A stretch of 63,778 nt of DNA, counting the filler, from Octopus bimaculoides (taxonomy: Eukaryota): assembly GCF_001194135.2 (NCBI RefSeq). It is 5 parts of 4 records of this genome, joined end to end, with 100 filler letters (N's around TTAATTAATTAA, not from the genome) between each part and the next. Parts side by side here need not be neighbours in the genome. Positions count along the whole stretch, not along the records: positions 21,741 to 38,095 come from NC_069009.1; positions 38,196 to 44,463 come from NC_069009.1; positions 44,564 to 56,790 come from NC_069007.1; 2 more parts are not named here. The stretch is one strand, 5' to 3'. A program made the translations under genes and the position numbers. Below are positions 37,250 through 48,959 of this stretch, piece after piece (position 1 is the first letter of the stretch; every line of letters begins with the position of its first letter). The notes beneath the pieces are model-generated. The model worked only from the letters and a program-made list of their open reading frames with translations. It ran no database searches and had not been told where the DNA came from.

Positions 37250-38095
37250 TACCCATTTTCCATCTTTGACCTCCTTGTTTGTTTACATCTGATGTCTTGT
37301 ATCCAAAACGCTGTAGCAAAAACCAGTGCTGGCTATAATTTCTATAGAATATCTGTAGAAATAACCGTAATAAAATAAAGCATCAGAATAAAGGACCTGG
37401 CAACAGTCTTACTTCTTCTCAGTTCAAAGATTTGAGCAAAGTCAACTCCAACAGGCCTTGCTATCTATCCCCTTAAGAAAACAGTTAGTAAATGATCCAC
37501 AAGCACTCGAGCAAGCTGAGTCATCAACTTGTTCCATTTGCCAAAAGATTTACAAGACACCAGCAGACCTCAAGAGACACATTTTTGTCCAGGGAACAGG
37601 ATAACCGCTTTGTTTTACTGAATCCTCATTTGTCATTCACAAGAGAACCCATCACACACATATATGTATGTATGTATAGAAATATATATATATATGTATA
37701 TATATATTATAAGGTTTTTAACTTTTAAATTTTCATATTCAAAAGAGACAGAGACTTCAAATTCGATATATCGATTTATTCACCACTCTATGTTAACATT
37801 TCTGTGCCAAACTTATCCAGTGACTGGTCCATTGGATTTAGACATTTGGCACTTCTTCAGGAGTGGTTACCTTTCGAACAAAACACGAAAAAACACATAC
37901 ATAACTATTATTAGGTCTTTAGGATCTCGTTAGCTTTCGTCTTTGTTATTATAGGGGAGATAACTCCTTAATTTTCTATTTTTATTGCTCTCCTGTGGAT
38001 TTCCACTAGATTAATTAATTATTTTGTTTATTTCTCTTTACTATACTATATGACCCGTATACATATGCATACATACACTTTACCCGTATACCTAT

Positions 38096-38195
38096 NNNNN
38101 NNNNNNNNNNNNNNNNNNNNNNNNNNNNNNNNNNNNNNNTTAATTAATTAANNNNNNNNNNNNNNNNNNNNNNNNNNNNNNNNNNNNNNNNNNNN
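38096..38195. other. Artificial scaffold-join spacer N44-TTAATTAATTAA-N44
   Basis: Same 100-bp structure as 21641-21740. Confidence 0.93.
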
Positions 38196-38196
38196 T
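38096..38196. other. Left boundary of the hAT fragment is the scaffold join, not a biological end
   Basis: Transposase similarity begins immediately after the spacer. Confidence 0.5.
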
Positions 38197-38842
38197 ATGG
38201 ATAATTCAGCTTCAAAGGGGACATCTTGTTATAATAGACCCACCAGAAGCTGTATTCATCAGCTGTGTCAGCCATTTGAAGAGTTTGGGTGTGAGAAGAT
38301 GCTTCGATGGCTTTAAGATATATTCCAGCCAATCTTTTGATCTTCGTCGTTGGTTGCATGTAAAGACAACATTTCCAACACTTTTTCACGAAACAATCCT
38401 GTTCTTCCTCTGCTTTCCAACATTCTGGTTAGTTGAAGCTGGATTTTTCACAGTGAGCGACATTTTCACACACACACACACACACAAAAACGCAATGTTC
38501 TTCAAATTGTGAAAAGAGAAGATTTGCGTCTCAAGTTGAACGAATCCTTTGAAGTTCAAATTGATAACCTAATTGAAATACACCAGCTGCAATGTAGCCA
38601 TTAAATTGCTTCTTCATTTCTTGTAAATAAAAGTGTAAATATACTTTTCTTCCATTTTAGATGTTTTCTTTTGCTTGCAGGTTCCTGCACCCGTACATAA
38701 AGCGTGCATGTGGAAACAATCACTACTTTATGGGGTTTATATTTCGGAAGAGGGTTGGATAACTGATTTAGAAGTCAGTTGGCCTGGGATTTTTTTAATC
38801 ATAAAAAGTTGGCCCGATGGTGAAAAAGGTTGAGAACCACTG
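38196..38842 (+). mobile_element. hAT (Charlie/SCAND3-like) transposon 3' fragment
   Basis: FPTLF...FPTFWLVEAGF (dimerization domain), then EDLRLKL...IDNLIEIHQLQCSH* (stop 38602-38604); right TIR aaaaaggttgagaaccactg ends at 38842. Confidence 0.8.
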
Positions 38843-39439
38843 AGGTAAACCACATGAGAACATGGCACAGATTTTCTTACTCGGAAAAATATTAAAACGG
38901 TACATATTTTCTTTGACGTAAAATAAAGCACCGTTTAATCAACTTCCTGTTTTGCTTTTGTACAGTCTGAACTCGTATTATTTTATTGTTTCTTACACAC
39001 GAAACTCCGATCTTGTTGAATTGTTAAAGCGACTGCATCAGTTAAGCTGTCACATTTACGCTTTGTTTTAAGTAACTAGTCGTCCCAATATCATCCAGGT
39101 TGATATTCAAACGCGTCCCTATGATGTATATACAAATGTATATATATGTACATTCTGACAACACGTGGTTTGACAGATTATTATAAGGTGAGATGTTCTT
39201 TATCTTACTTCTATATTTTTACTTATTTCAGTCATTTGACTGCGGTCATGCTGGGGCATCACCTTGAAGAGTTTTAGTCGAACAAATCAACCCCCAGTAC
39301 TTATTTTCCCAAACCTAGTTCTTAATCTTCCTTTTGCCGAACCTCCACATTACGGCAACATAAACATACCGACACAGGTTGTCAAACGTGGTCGGGGACA
39401 GAGACACACACATAGATATATACTTCATCATCATTTAAC

Positions 39440-39629
39440 GGGTACTACTAAAGCAGCGCGGACCCGAACGCGCAGTCGCGCGTCCGCGCTAGCTAGTCTT
39501 GAGTGGTCGATCCTAACCCTAACCCTATCCCTAACCCTAACCCTGTCCCTAACCCTAATCCTAACCCGCGTGTGCAAATGAATACGTGTTTAGGGGTGGA
39601 GATGGAGTATATGTAATCTGAGTATACCC
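39440..39629. repeat. CpG-rich short element with a hairpin and a (CCCTAA)-type array
   Basis: agcgcggac...gtccgcgct hairpin at about 39454-39490; degenerate CCCTAA repeats at about 39512-39567. Confidence 0.7.
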
Positions 39630-39782
39630 CCCCCCTTTTAAATTTTTTTTTTTTTTTACGGNNNNNNNNNNTGTTTTCAAACGCATGGATATAGGTGTCA
39701 AATTTGTTCCAATAACTTTCGAGTGATAGATAGATAGATAGAGAGAGAGAGAGACAGACAGACAGATAGCTCGCTCCGGCCA

Positions 39783-39882
39783 GTCATGGTATTAGCTGTC
39801 AGTAGCTAAAGAATCAACTCAAACCAGCAGTAACGTTCCTTCAGATTTTTCTACTTTCACTTCTGACAGCTAATACCATGAC
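39783..39882. repeat. Perfect 20-bp inverted repeat with a 60-nt loop
   Basis: gtcatggtattagctgtcag (39783-39802) and ctgacagctaataccatgac (39863-39882). Confidence 0.9.
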
Positions 39883-40388
39883 AGTGCCGAATTTTATTCT
39901 GTAGGTTTGTAATTTGTATTGGGAGTAAATTGAAACAGTTGTAGGCGTAATTAACAACATGTTAATTAATTAGTTTACATCCATTTAAACTCTTTTTTTT
40001 TTTTTTACTTAATAATATTTGATATTTATAATATACCTATTTATATTGAAGAGATATTTCTCAACGATATAAGATATTAAACCAGTGAAAGGCTTTGGTC
40101 GGCCCAAGGCTATAGTAAAAGACACTTGCCCAAGGTGACACGCAGTGGGACTGAATCCAGAACCATGTTATTGAGAAGCAAGCTTTTTACCATAGAGTCA
40201 CACCTATGTAATTAACAGACACATTTGCTCAATCCCAGGCAAAATCGAAATCTTCATTGTCCCCATTGAGATGTGATAGCAAAATCCATACTCGGATTCA
40301 GATTCCATTCACACATCCATCGCAAATAGATCCAGCTTGTTTTATTTTTCTATTTCCAAAGCTGTTTTTTTAAAACTTTTTCCTTTAA

Positions 40389-40956
40389 CCCTCTAGCATT
40401 CAGATTTCTGTCAAATGTAATGCTTATTTATTCACATTGTTTTGAATTAATCCCGTGTTATCTCATAGCTTCAAGATATCAATGATGTGATGATATTACT
40501 TTAGAATGACATTGTATGAGAGATGTGAGAGGTTGGATCTGGTCAGTTTAACCTTTTAGCCTTCTCATTACTTGGTCAGATATAAAGCTTATTTATTGAC
40601 ATTGCTTGGAATTAATCATGCATTAGCTTGTTGCTCTGATGTGATTGTTTATTTTTAGAATGACATTGTAGGGTAGGTATGAGAGGCTGGATCTGACCAG
40701 TTTGAACACAAAACAGGTTGAAAATGGCTGGTTTAACCCTCTTGCATTCAGATTACTCTGTCAAATGTAATGCTTATTTATTCACAGTGTTTTGAATAAA
40801 TCATCCATTATCACATAGCTTCAAGATTGCAATGATTTGTTTGTATATTTTTTTTTTAGAATGACATTGTAGGGTAGGTGTGAGAGGTTTGGATGTGGTT
40901 CGTTTTAACTGGTAGAATATTTGGGCCGGATATGTCCACTTTAAATGGTAAAGGAG
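40389..40956. mobile_element. Three stacked copies of a piggyBac-like TTAA MITE
   Basis: TTAA-CCYTYTAGC-type left ends at 40389, 40552 and 40737; one right end aatggtaaaggag-TTAA at 40956. Confidence 0.75.
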
Positions 40957-43229
40957 TTAAATCCTCTCCTTGAAACACTCATATGTCCAAATTGCCCCTT
41001 TGTTGTAACTATCCATTACACAGATATAATATTTTGCCTGCATATCTTTTTATATTTTACTTGTTTCAGTCATTAGACTGCAGCCATGCTGGAGCACCAC
41101 CATAAAGAATTTTTAGTCCAATATATCGACCCTAGTGCTTATTTTTTTAAAAGCCTGGTATTCTATTGGTCTCTTTTGCTGAACCGCTAAGTTATGGGGA
41201 TGTAAACACACCAACACTGGTTGTCAAGTGGTGGTGGGGGACAAAAACACACACATGACGGGTTTCTTTCAGTTTCTACCAAATCCACTTACAAAGCTTT
41301 GGTCGGCCTAAGGCTATAGTAGAAGAAACTTGCTCAAGGTGTCATGCAGTGGGACTGAACTGGAACCACATGGTTGGGGAACAAGCTTCTTTATTTCATT
41401 AAATTAGCCATTAAGGCCTTACAAAGAGGGGACAAACAAGGACAGACAAACGTAAAGAAGCTGCGGGCTGGACACGGACATTAATGAAATGAGGGTGATA
41501 ACAAAAAAAAGGTTGAAATAAANNNNNNNNNNNNNNNNNNNNNNNNNNNNNNNNNNNNNNNNNNNNNNNNNNNNNNNNNNNNNNNNNNNNNNNNNNNNNN
41601 NNNNNNNNNNNNNNNNNNNNNNNNNNNNNNNNNNNNNNNNNNNNNNNNNNNNNNNNNNNNNNNNNNNNNNNNNNNNNNNNNNNNNNNNNNNNNNNNNNNN
41701 NNNNNNNNNNNNNNNNNNNNNNNNNNNNNNNNNNNNNNNNNNNNNNNNNNNNNNNNNNNNNNNNNNNNNNNNNNNNNNNNNNNNNNNNNNNNNNNNNNNN
41801 NNNNNNNNNNNNNNNNNNNNNNNNNNNNNNNNNNNNNNNNNNNNNNNNNNNNNNNNNNNNNNNNNNNNNNNNNNNNNNNNNNNNNNNNNNNNNNNNNNNN
41901 NNNNNNNNNNNNNNNNNNNNNNNNNNNNNNNNNNNNNNNNNNNNNNNNNNNNNNNNNNNNNNNNNNNNNNNNNNNNNNNNNNNNNNNNNNNNNNNNNNNN
42001 NNNNNNNNNNNNNNNNNNNNNNNNNNNNNNNNNNNNNNNNNNNNNNNNNNNNNNNNNNNNNNNNNNNNNNNNNNNNNNNNNNNNNNNNNNNNNNNNNNNN
42101 NNNNNNNNNNNNNNNNNNNNNNNNNNNNNNNNNNNNNNNNNNNNNNNNNNNNNNNNNNNNNNNNNNNNNNNNNNNNNNNNNNNNNNNNNNNNNNNNNNNN
42201 NNNNNNNNNNNNNNNNNNNNNNNNNNNNNNNNNNNNNNNNNNNNNNNNNNNNNNNNNNNNNNNNNNNNNNNNNNNNNNNNNNNNNNNNNNNNNNNNNNNN
42301 NNNNNNNNNNNNNNNNNNNNNNNNNNNNNNNNNNNNNNNNNNNNNNNNNNNNNNNNNNNNNNNNNNNNNNNNNNNNNTGTTTCAGTCTGGTTGTCTATAT
42401 ATCTATTTATGTATGTATTTATCTGTCTGTCTATGTTTATCTATATGTCAGTCTGACTGTTTATGTATCTATCTGTCTTTCTATGTATCTGTTTGAGTGT
42501 CTGTCTATCTGTGTACTTGTCAGCCTGTCTATATACATCAGTCTTTCTATCTATCTACATCTCTATCGATGTCTGTCTGTCTACGCATTTCTCCCTGCGC
42601 CTGTTTATGTATGTATGTATCTTTCTGCCTAACTGCCCGTCTGTGTCCATCTGTTTATCTTCTGTTTGACTCTCTCTCCCCCTTTCTCTATTTCTGTCTC
42701 CTCTCTATTTGTTTCTGTTGCATCTTCCTTTTTATCTTTCTTTCCTCCTTCTCTCCCTCTTTTCTCTTCTCACCTTTCCTTTCATTTCTTATTATTTTCA
42801 ATGCAGACAACAATCAAATTAAATATCTGGGAATTCAGAAATTACAATGCATTAAATTATAATTTTGCATTTAATCAGAGTCAGTACATTTTTACTGACT
42901 CTGACTAGCCAATGGCCGTTTCTGACTGACTCCTTGGCTCAGTCCACAACTTATTCACCTATCTGTCTGTTTATTCATCAATCAACGACACGTCTGTACA
43001 TCTGTATATGTATTCTTACTTCTCACTTTAGGTCGTACACAATGTTGGTTTGTGCATTGCATTATGGGACCTGAAAGAGATCAAAGACAGCTTCCTGTTC
43101 CCAGGTGATGGTGCTTCACACACAGTTGGTAAGATATATTTCTTCATTTAGCATTTTAACACCTGCCATTCTTTACAGGTATGGTTTAGATAGGTCCAGT
43201 GAAGGCACGTGGCTTAGTGATATATATAT

Positions 43230-43262
<33 letters not shown>

Positions 43263-44463
43263 GTCGTTTAACGTCCGCTTTCCATGCTAGCATGGGTTGG
43301 ACGATTTGACTGAGGACTGGTGAAACCGGATGGCAACACCAGGCTCCAATCTAATTTGGCAGAGTTTCTACAGCTGGATGCCCTTCCTAACGCCAACCAC
43401 TCAGAGAGTGTANNNNNNNNNNNNNNNNNNNNNNNNNNNNNNNNNNNNNNNNNNNNNNNNNNNNNNNNNNNNNNNNNNNNNNNNNNNNNNNNNNNNNNNN
43501 NNNNNNNNNNNNNNNNNNNNNNNNNNNNNNNNNNNNNNNNNNNNNNNNNNNNNNNNNNNNNNNNNNNNNNNNNNNNNNNNNNNNNNNNNNNNNNNNNNNN
43601 NNNNNNNNNNNNNNNNNNNNNNNNNNNNNNNNNNNNNNNNNNNNNNNACGCACAGCACATTTCCAAAGGTCTCGGTCAGTATCGCCTGACTGGCCTTCGT
43701 GCGGGTGACACGTAAATCACCTATTACACTCTCTGAGTGGTTGGCGTTAGGAAGGGCATCCAGCTGTAGAAACTCTGCCAAATTAGACTGGAGCCTGGTG
43801 TCGCCATCCGGTTTCACCAGTCCTCAGTCAAATCGTCCAACCCATGCTAGCATGGAAAGCGGACGTTAAACGATGATGATGATGATGATGATGTGTTGAT
43901 GTTTTTCTAAGTGTTGTGTAAATGTATTGACAATCTAGTACATGTTATTTTATTTTAAAATCCATATGCAGATTTATTAGTATGTCTTCTGTAAAACTAA
44001 ATGTCAGTCTGTTTCTACAGTCGTTGTAAATCTATTTCAACACTAGCACTGCTGAGGGTAATATTCTCTGGGAATGCATAAAAGCCCTTTTCAGAGTTAT
44101 TTACTTTGAATTGTTATCTCATATCTGATTAGCCAGTTATTACATAACATGCTTCACGATTTTGGTATACATACCTTATTAGTATTTCTTCCTATGTTTT
44201 ATATACTCTGGGAATGCATTAAAGCCCTTTTCAGGGCTACTTTATTTGAACTCTTACTATCGGGTAACTAATTTCATGTTATTATGTTACTGACTTCACA
44301 AATTTGGGTATTGATAACTTATTGGGAATTCCTAAAAACAAGATCCTGTGTAAGACAGTTCGGTATTTGCAGTAAATGCACAAAAACTATTTTAAGGGCT
44401 ACACACTTTGTATTGTTGTTATTGGATTAGTGAAACAAATATGAGAATGGAACCAAGAGATAA

Positions 44464-44563
44464 NNNNNNNNNNNNNNNNNNNNNNNNNNNNNNNNNNNNN
44501 NNNNNNNTTAATTAATTAANNNNNNNNNNNNNNNNNNNNNNNNNNNNNNNNNNNNNNNNNNNN
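44464..44563. other. Artificial scaffold-join spacer N44-TTAATTAATTAA-N44
   Basis: Same 100-bp structure. Confidence 0.93.
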
Positions 44564-45560
44564 CTACCATCCCCCACACACTTCCTCACTTTCAAAAAGC
44601 TAAAAACTGCATGTTTTGCACATACTTAGATTTCTACTGAAACAGCAGACAAAAAAAAAAAAAAAATCAAATCACCACCAGAAAACCCGATATGCTAGAA
44701 ACAACAGCTAAATGATGTGATTTCTGGAAAAAGTTCATTCTAAGTTTATATTGAAGATCATGTTTTTTAAATACGCTCATCACGAACATGAATTACAAAA
44801 TAAAAAAGTTCATTTCAATTGAAATTTTTTTACTCAGTGTGTGTGTGTGTATGCATCATCATCATCATCATCATTTAACGTCCGCTTTCCATGCTAGCAT
44901 GGGTTGGACGATTTGACTGAGGACTGGTGAACCAGATGGCTACACCAGGCTCCAATCTGATTTGGCAGAATTTCTACAGCTGGATGCCCGTCCTAACGCT
45001 AACCACTCCGAGAGTGTAGTGGGTGCTTTTACGTGCCATTGGCACGAAGGCCAGTCAGGAGGTACTGGCAACGGCCATGCTCAAAATGGTGTATTTTATG
45101 TGCCACCTGCACAGGAGCCAGTCCAGCGGTACTGGCAACGAACTCACTAGAATATCTTTTCACGTGCCACTGGCACAAGTGCCAGGAAGGTGACGTTGGT
45201 AATGGTCAGTGCAACAGAATATACTCTGAAGTTTTGTAGCAAAAGAAGTTATTTTACAAAAGAAGTTATAATTCCAAAATGAGAAAAAACTTGAATGATA
45301 CTTTCCAAATTGGATTTCAGCCATGATTGCTGAACCCTCAAGAACGGTCTGTGTGCATGTATAATATAGTGGGATAGCTGGTGTGAGCACACAAAGTAAA
45401 TATTTATGGGAGTGTACACATAAACATTGTATTGAAATAAGTTATCTTTACAGACCATGTTTTCAATTATCTATATAATTGATAGCAAAGTGTGTATAAA
45501 ATGAAATTAAATCCAGGTTTAGACACAGGTCGATCAAGTTTGTAAAGTTCTAACATTTTT

Positions 45561-45922
45561 GGTTGTGTGGTAAGAAGCTTGCCTCCCAACCACATGGTTC
45601 TGGGTTCAGTCCCACTGCGTGACACCTCGGACAAGTGTCTTCTACTATAGCCTTGGGCTGACCAAAGCTTTGTGAGTAGATTTGGTAAAGGGAAACTGAA
45701 AGAAGCCCGTTATATATATATGTATGTCTGTGTTTGTCCCCACCACCACCGCTTGACAACCGATGTTGGTGTGTTTACTTGTCTGTACATTAGCAGTTTG
45801 GCAAAAGAGACTGATAGAATAAGTACTAGGCTTCTGGAGTTGATGTGTTCGAGTAAAGGCGTTGCTCCATGATGGCCACAGTCAAATGACTGAAACAAAT
45901 AAAAGAATAAAGAATAAAAGAA
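45561..45922 (+). mobile_element. SINE family C (CORE-like ccttgggcaagtgtctt motif, internal TA/TG microsatellite, (AAAAGAGT)n-type tail); about 20 full or partial copies in the window
   Basis: Same body at 52351-52732, 60080-60968, 12190-12600, 22690-23035, 41010-41400, 47620-47970 and others. Confidence 0.85.
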
Positions 45923-46535
45923 TTTCTTTTTTTAAATCACTGTCAGCCTAATGAAACTCCTTACACACACACAGAGTGTTAGTGATAGACAATGAGAAAG
46001 TGAAGGAGAGACAAATGCGAGAAAGAGAGAGAAAAAGAGAGAGAGAGAGACATCTTTTCTGTCGCTGTCATTGATTTTGAAATTTTAAAACTAAGGGAAA
46101 ACTTTTCAAAGTTGGGTTATTGTTTTACTTTGTCCAGAAAATTTTTAGAAAAATGTTACAGAGGTTTAAAGTTTGATCATTCTTATCCAATCAGAAAACA
46201 GGATTTTGGTACATGGAAGCTGTGATAAAATGAAAGTAAAGATTAGAAGTGGGAGGATTTTAAAACAAAGTGAAAATTGTAAATGAGAGTGAATGCATAC
46301 AAAGAGAGTGAGTGTCAAAGAGTATGTTTATATAAAGAGAGATAATTTGATGGTGATAGAGAGTGGGAGAGTAGTTGCTCTAAATGCTGAGTTACAATAA
46401 TCTCTCACCATATCGTTGTTCACCTATTGCGCCCTCAGTACATCACGGAATTTTTCTGGCTAATATATGTAAATTTATATCACGGACTCCTCAGTATATT
46501 GCAGGTTTTTGCAGCCAATAAGTATTTATACTTTT

Positions 46536-46627
46536 GGTAAATTTTCAGATTAACACCTGCACGATTTTCACTACGGTGTTAGGGTTAGGGTTAGGTAATC
46601 GTGCGGGTGTTAATCTGAAAATTTACC
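46536..46627. mobile_element. 92-bp MITE: 31-bp TIRs around a TTAGGG-containing loop (Merlin-like)
   Basis: ggtaaattttcagattaacacctgcacgatt pairs with 46597-46627 with one mismatch; flanks atactttt/atattttc match at only 6 of 8. Confidence 0.8.
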
Positions 46628-46697
46628 ATATTTTCTTAGATTTTAATTATTTCTGTGTTATGCCTAAAAATTAATAAATTAATAAATAAAAATACAG

Positions 46698-46934
46698 GGT
46701 AATTTTTCCGATTAACACCCGCACGATTTTCACTAAGGTGTTACGGTTAGGGTTTTAGGGTCAGGGTTAGGGTTTTAGGGTTACAATTAGGGTTAGTGGT
46801 TAGGGTTAGGGTTAGTGTTAAGGTTACGGTTTAAGGGTCAGGGTTAGGGTTTTATGGTTAGGGTTAGGGATAGGGTTTAGGGTTAGTGTTAGGGTTAGGA
46901 TTAGGGTTAGGTTCAGGGAATCTGAATAATTACC
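46698..46934. mobile_element. 237-bp MITE filled with a degenerate (TTAGGG)n array (Merlin-like)
   Basis: Exact 8-bp TSD aaatacag (46690-46697 and 46935-46942); TIRs ggtaatttttccgatt / ggtaattattcagatt (14 of 16); same left end as 46536-46627. Confidence 0.88.
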
Positions 46935-47408
46935 AAATACAGTACAGTACTACACTGTATAACACATTAATTAAAATATATTAAAAGAAAATACGTAGTG
47001 TACTGTAGATGAGTAAGTAAAGAATCGCACATACTGTATGGAAAACGAAACTTGGGAGGCGAGTGTGTGGTGTTGTTTTGCATTCATGATAAAATAAATA
47101 TATATATATATTATAAAAATAATAATAAAAAAAATATACAGTACAGTACTGTTTCTACTTTGCAGATTTTCACCTATCCCGGGGGTGGGGGGTGGAACGT
47201 AACACTTGTGATAGTTGAAGGATTACTGTATTTCTCTTAGCAATTTATACTTTTTTATTATTATTTACAAACGATATAGTGTATGGGATGTAGGATTTGA
47301 AAATCAAATTTTGTTTTTCGCGAGGATGCACTGTTTCCAAACCTTTTTAGGCTAAACACACATTCATAATCACATACTCCCACTTATACAGTAGATATAT
47401 ACATTATA

Positions 47409-47594
47409 CACGGTGGCCCAAAATTTTAAATTTCATTTAAAACATTTTATTACATCTCAATTTCTATCATACAATTAACTAAATTAGCATAGAATAATGG
47501 TTTCATATTTTCTTATAATTAAGATCTAAACTGTTAATATATGAATGCGAAAGAGATAGTTGAATAACTATAAACCTACTTTTGGGCCACCCTG
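47409..47594. mobile_element. Tc1/mariner-type MITE
   Basis: TA TSD; TIRs cacggtggcccaaaa / cagggtggcccaaaa. Confidence 0.88.
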
Positions 47595-48048
47595 TATATC
47601 TGTTATCCTTTATCTTTGACTCATTACAGTTAATAGACTGTGGTCATGTTGGGGTGCCACCTTGAGGAATTTTAGATGAATAAATCAACCACCAGCTTCT
47701 TTTTTTAAAGTCTGGTATTTATTCTATCAGTTTCTTTTGTGGAACTGCTAAGTTACAAGGATGTGAACACACCAACAGCAGTTCTCAAGTGGTGGTGGGG
47801 GACAAACACTGACACAAAGGCACATACACATACAATGGTCTTCTTCCAGTTTCCGTCTACCAAATCCTCTCACAAAGGGATTAAAGTAGAAGACACCTGC
47901 CTAAAGTGCCATGCAGTGGGACTGAAGCCAGAACCATGTGGTTGGAAAGCAAACTTCTTGGCACATACGCCTGCACCTACATACTTACATACATATAAAT
48001 ATACACAGACATATGTACATATATGTGCTTGTGTGTGTGTCTATCTAT

Positions 48049-48147
<99 letters not shown>

Positions 48148-48959
48148 TATGTATATACATGTGTAATGCTAACATTAGGGATATGTACAAATGGAAAGAC
48201 CAAATATTTTGATGTTTTATATAAACATTGGTCTGCAATATTTACCTAGAGATGTTTGGTAAAAGGGGTCGGCGGGAAATGAAGTTACAAAGCTCCAGAA
48301 GAATGTATTCTATTAATAAAACAATACTTCTTCAACTCAGCTATTTGTGTAATTGATTTTTATCAGTCTACTTACACCCCTACATTCCATTCTTATTCTT
48401 TGATTCTGTTATGGGTTTCATTCATTGGGGACAGGCCATGCTTTAGCAACATCTTCAATGTTTCTGTTTCTTTAGAAGATTGTATTAGACTATAGTAATT
48501 AGTTTTCGGCCAGTTAATTATTTGATCAATCAAAATTTAAAGAATGGCTAAATTGACTTTTATTCCAACATAAAGGGATGCAACTTAACACGATGGTTTG
48601 CACCAGGAAACATAAATGCTGCTACAGGCACCACACTGATAGTCTCTTATTCTTTTATTCTTTCATTCATTTGACTGTGGCCATGTTGGAGCACCACCTT
48701 GAAGGGCTTATTTTTGAAGCCTAGTACTTATTCTATTGGTCTCTTTTGATGAATGGGCTTCTTTCAGTTTCTGTCTACCAAATCCACTCACAAGGCTTTG
48801 GTCAGCCCAAGGCTATAATTTTTTTTATTATCATTTACAAACTTACATTCACTCATTCATCTATTGCAAAGTTAGAAGGGCAGATTTCTAAAGGGGACAC
48901 CTTATCTAATATAAGCAACAAAGGGTTTGAAATAGTAAAAAGACAAGAGACAGACGATA

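Larger units (their letters stand above)
46395..47228. mobile_element. pogo/Tigger-like non-autonomous element hosting two nested MITEs
   Basis: TA|caataatctctc...tatcg left end and gatagttgaaggattactg|TA right end resemble Tigger-type TIRs (CAGTAATCCCTCG.CTATCG). Confidence 0.65.

Noticed and set aside
37530-37580. C2H2 zinc-finger-like peptide CSICQKIYKTPADLKRH (similar motif near 61235-61290)
   Set aside because: Single, lacks the second His and is flanked by stops; more likely a LINE C-terminal relic than a ZNF gene.
38860-39130. CpG-containing stretch with acttcctg and tgacgtaa motifs as a promoter (also 53740-54680)
   Set aside because: Such short motifs are expected by chance, and no linked first exon was identified.
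44060-44420. Three diverged repeats of about 140 bp (ctctgggaatgcat.aaagcccttttcag) as a possible CRISPR-like array
   Set aside because: Eukaryotic context, homologous spacers and decaying units indicate an old satellite.
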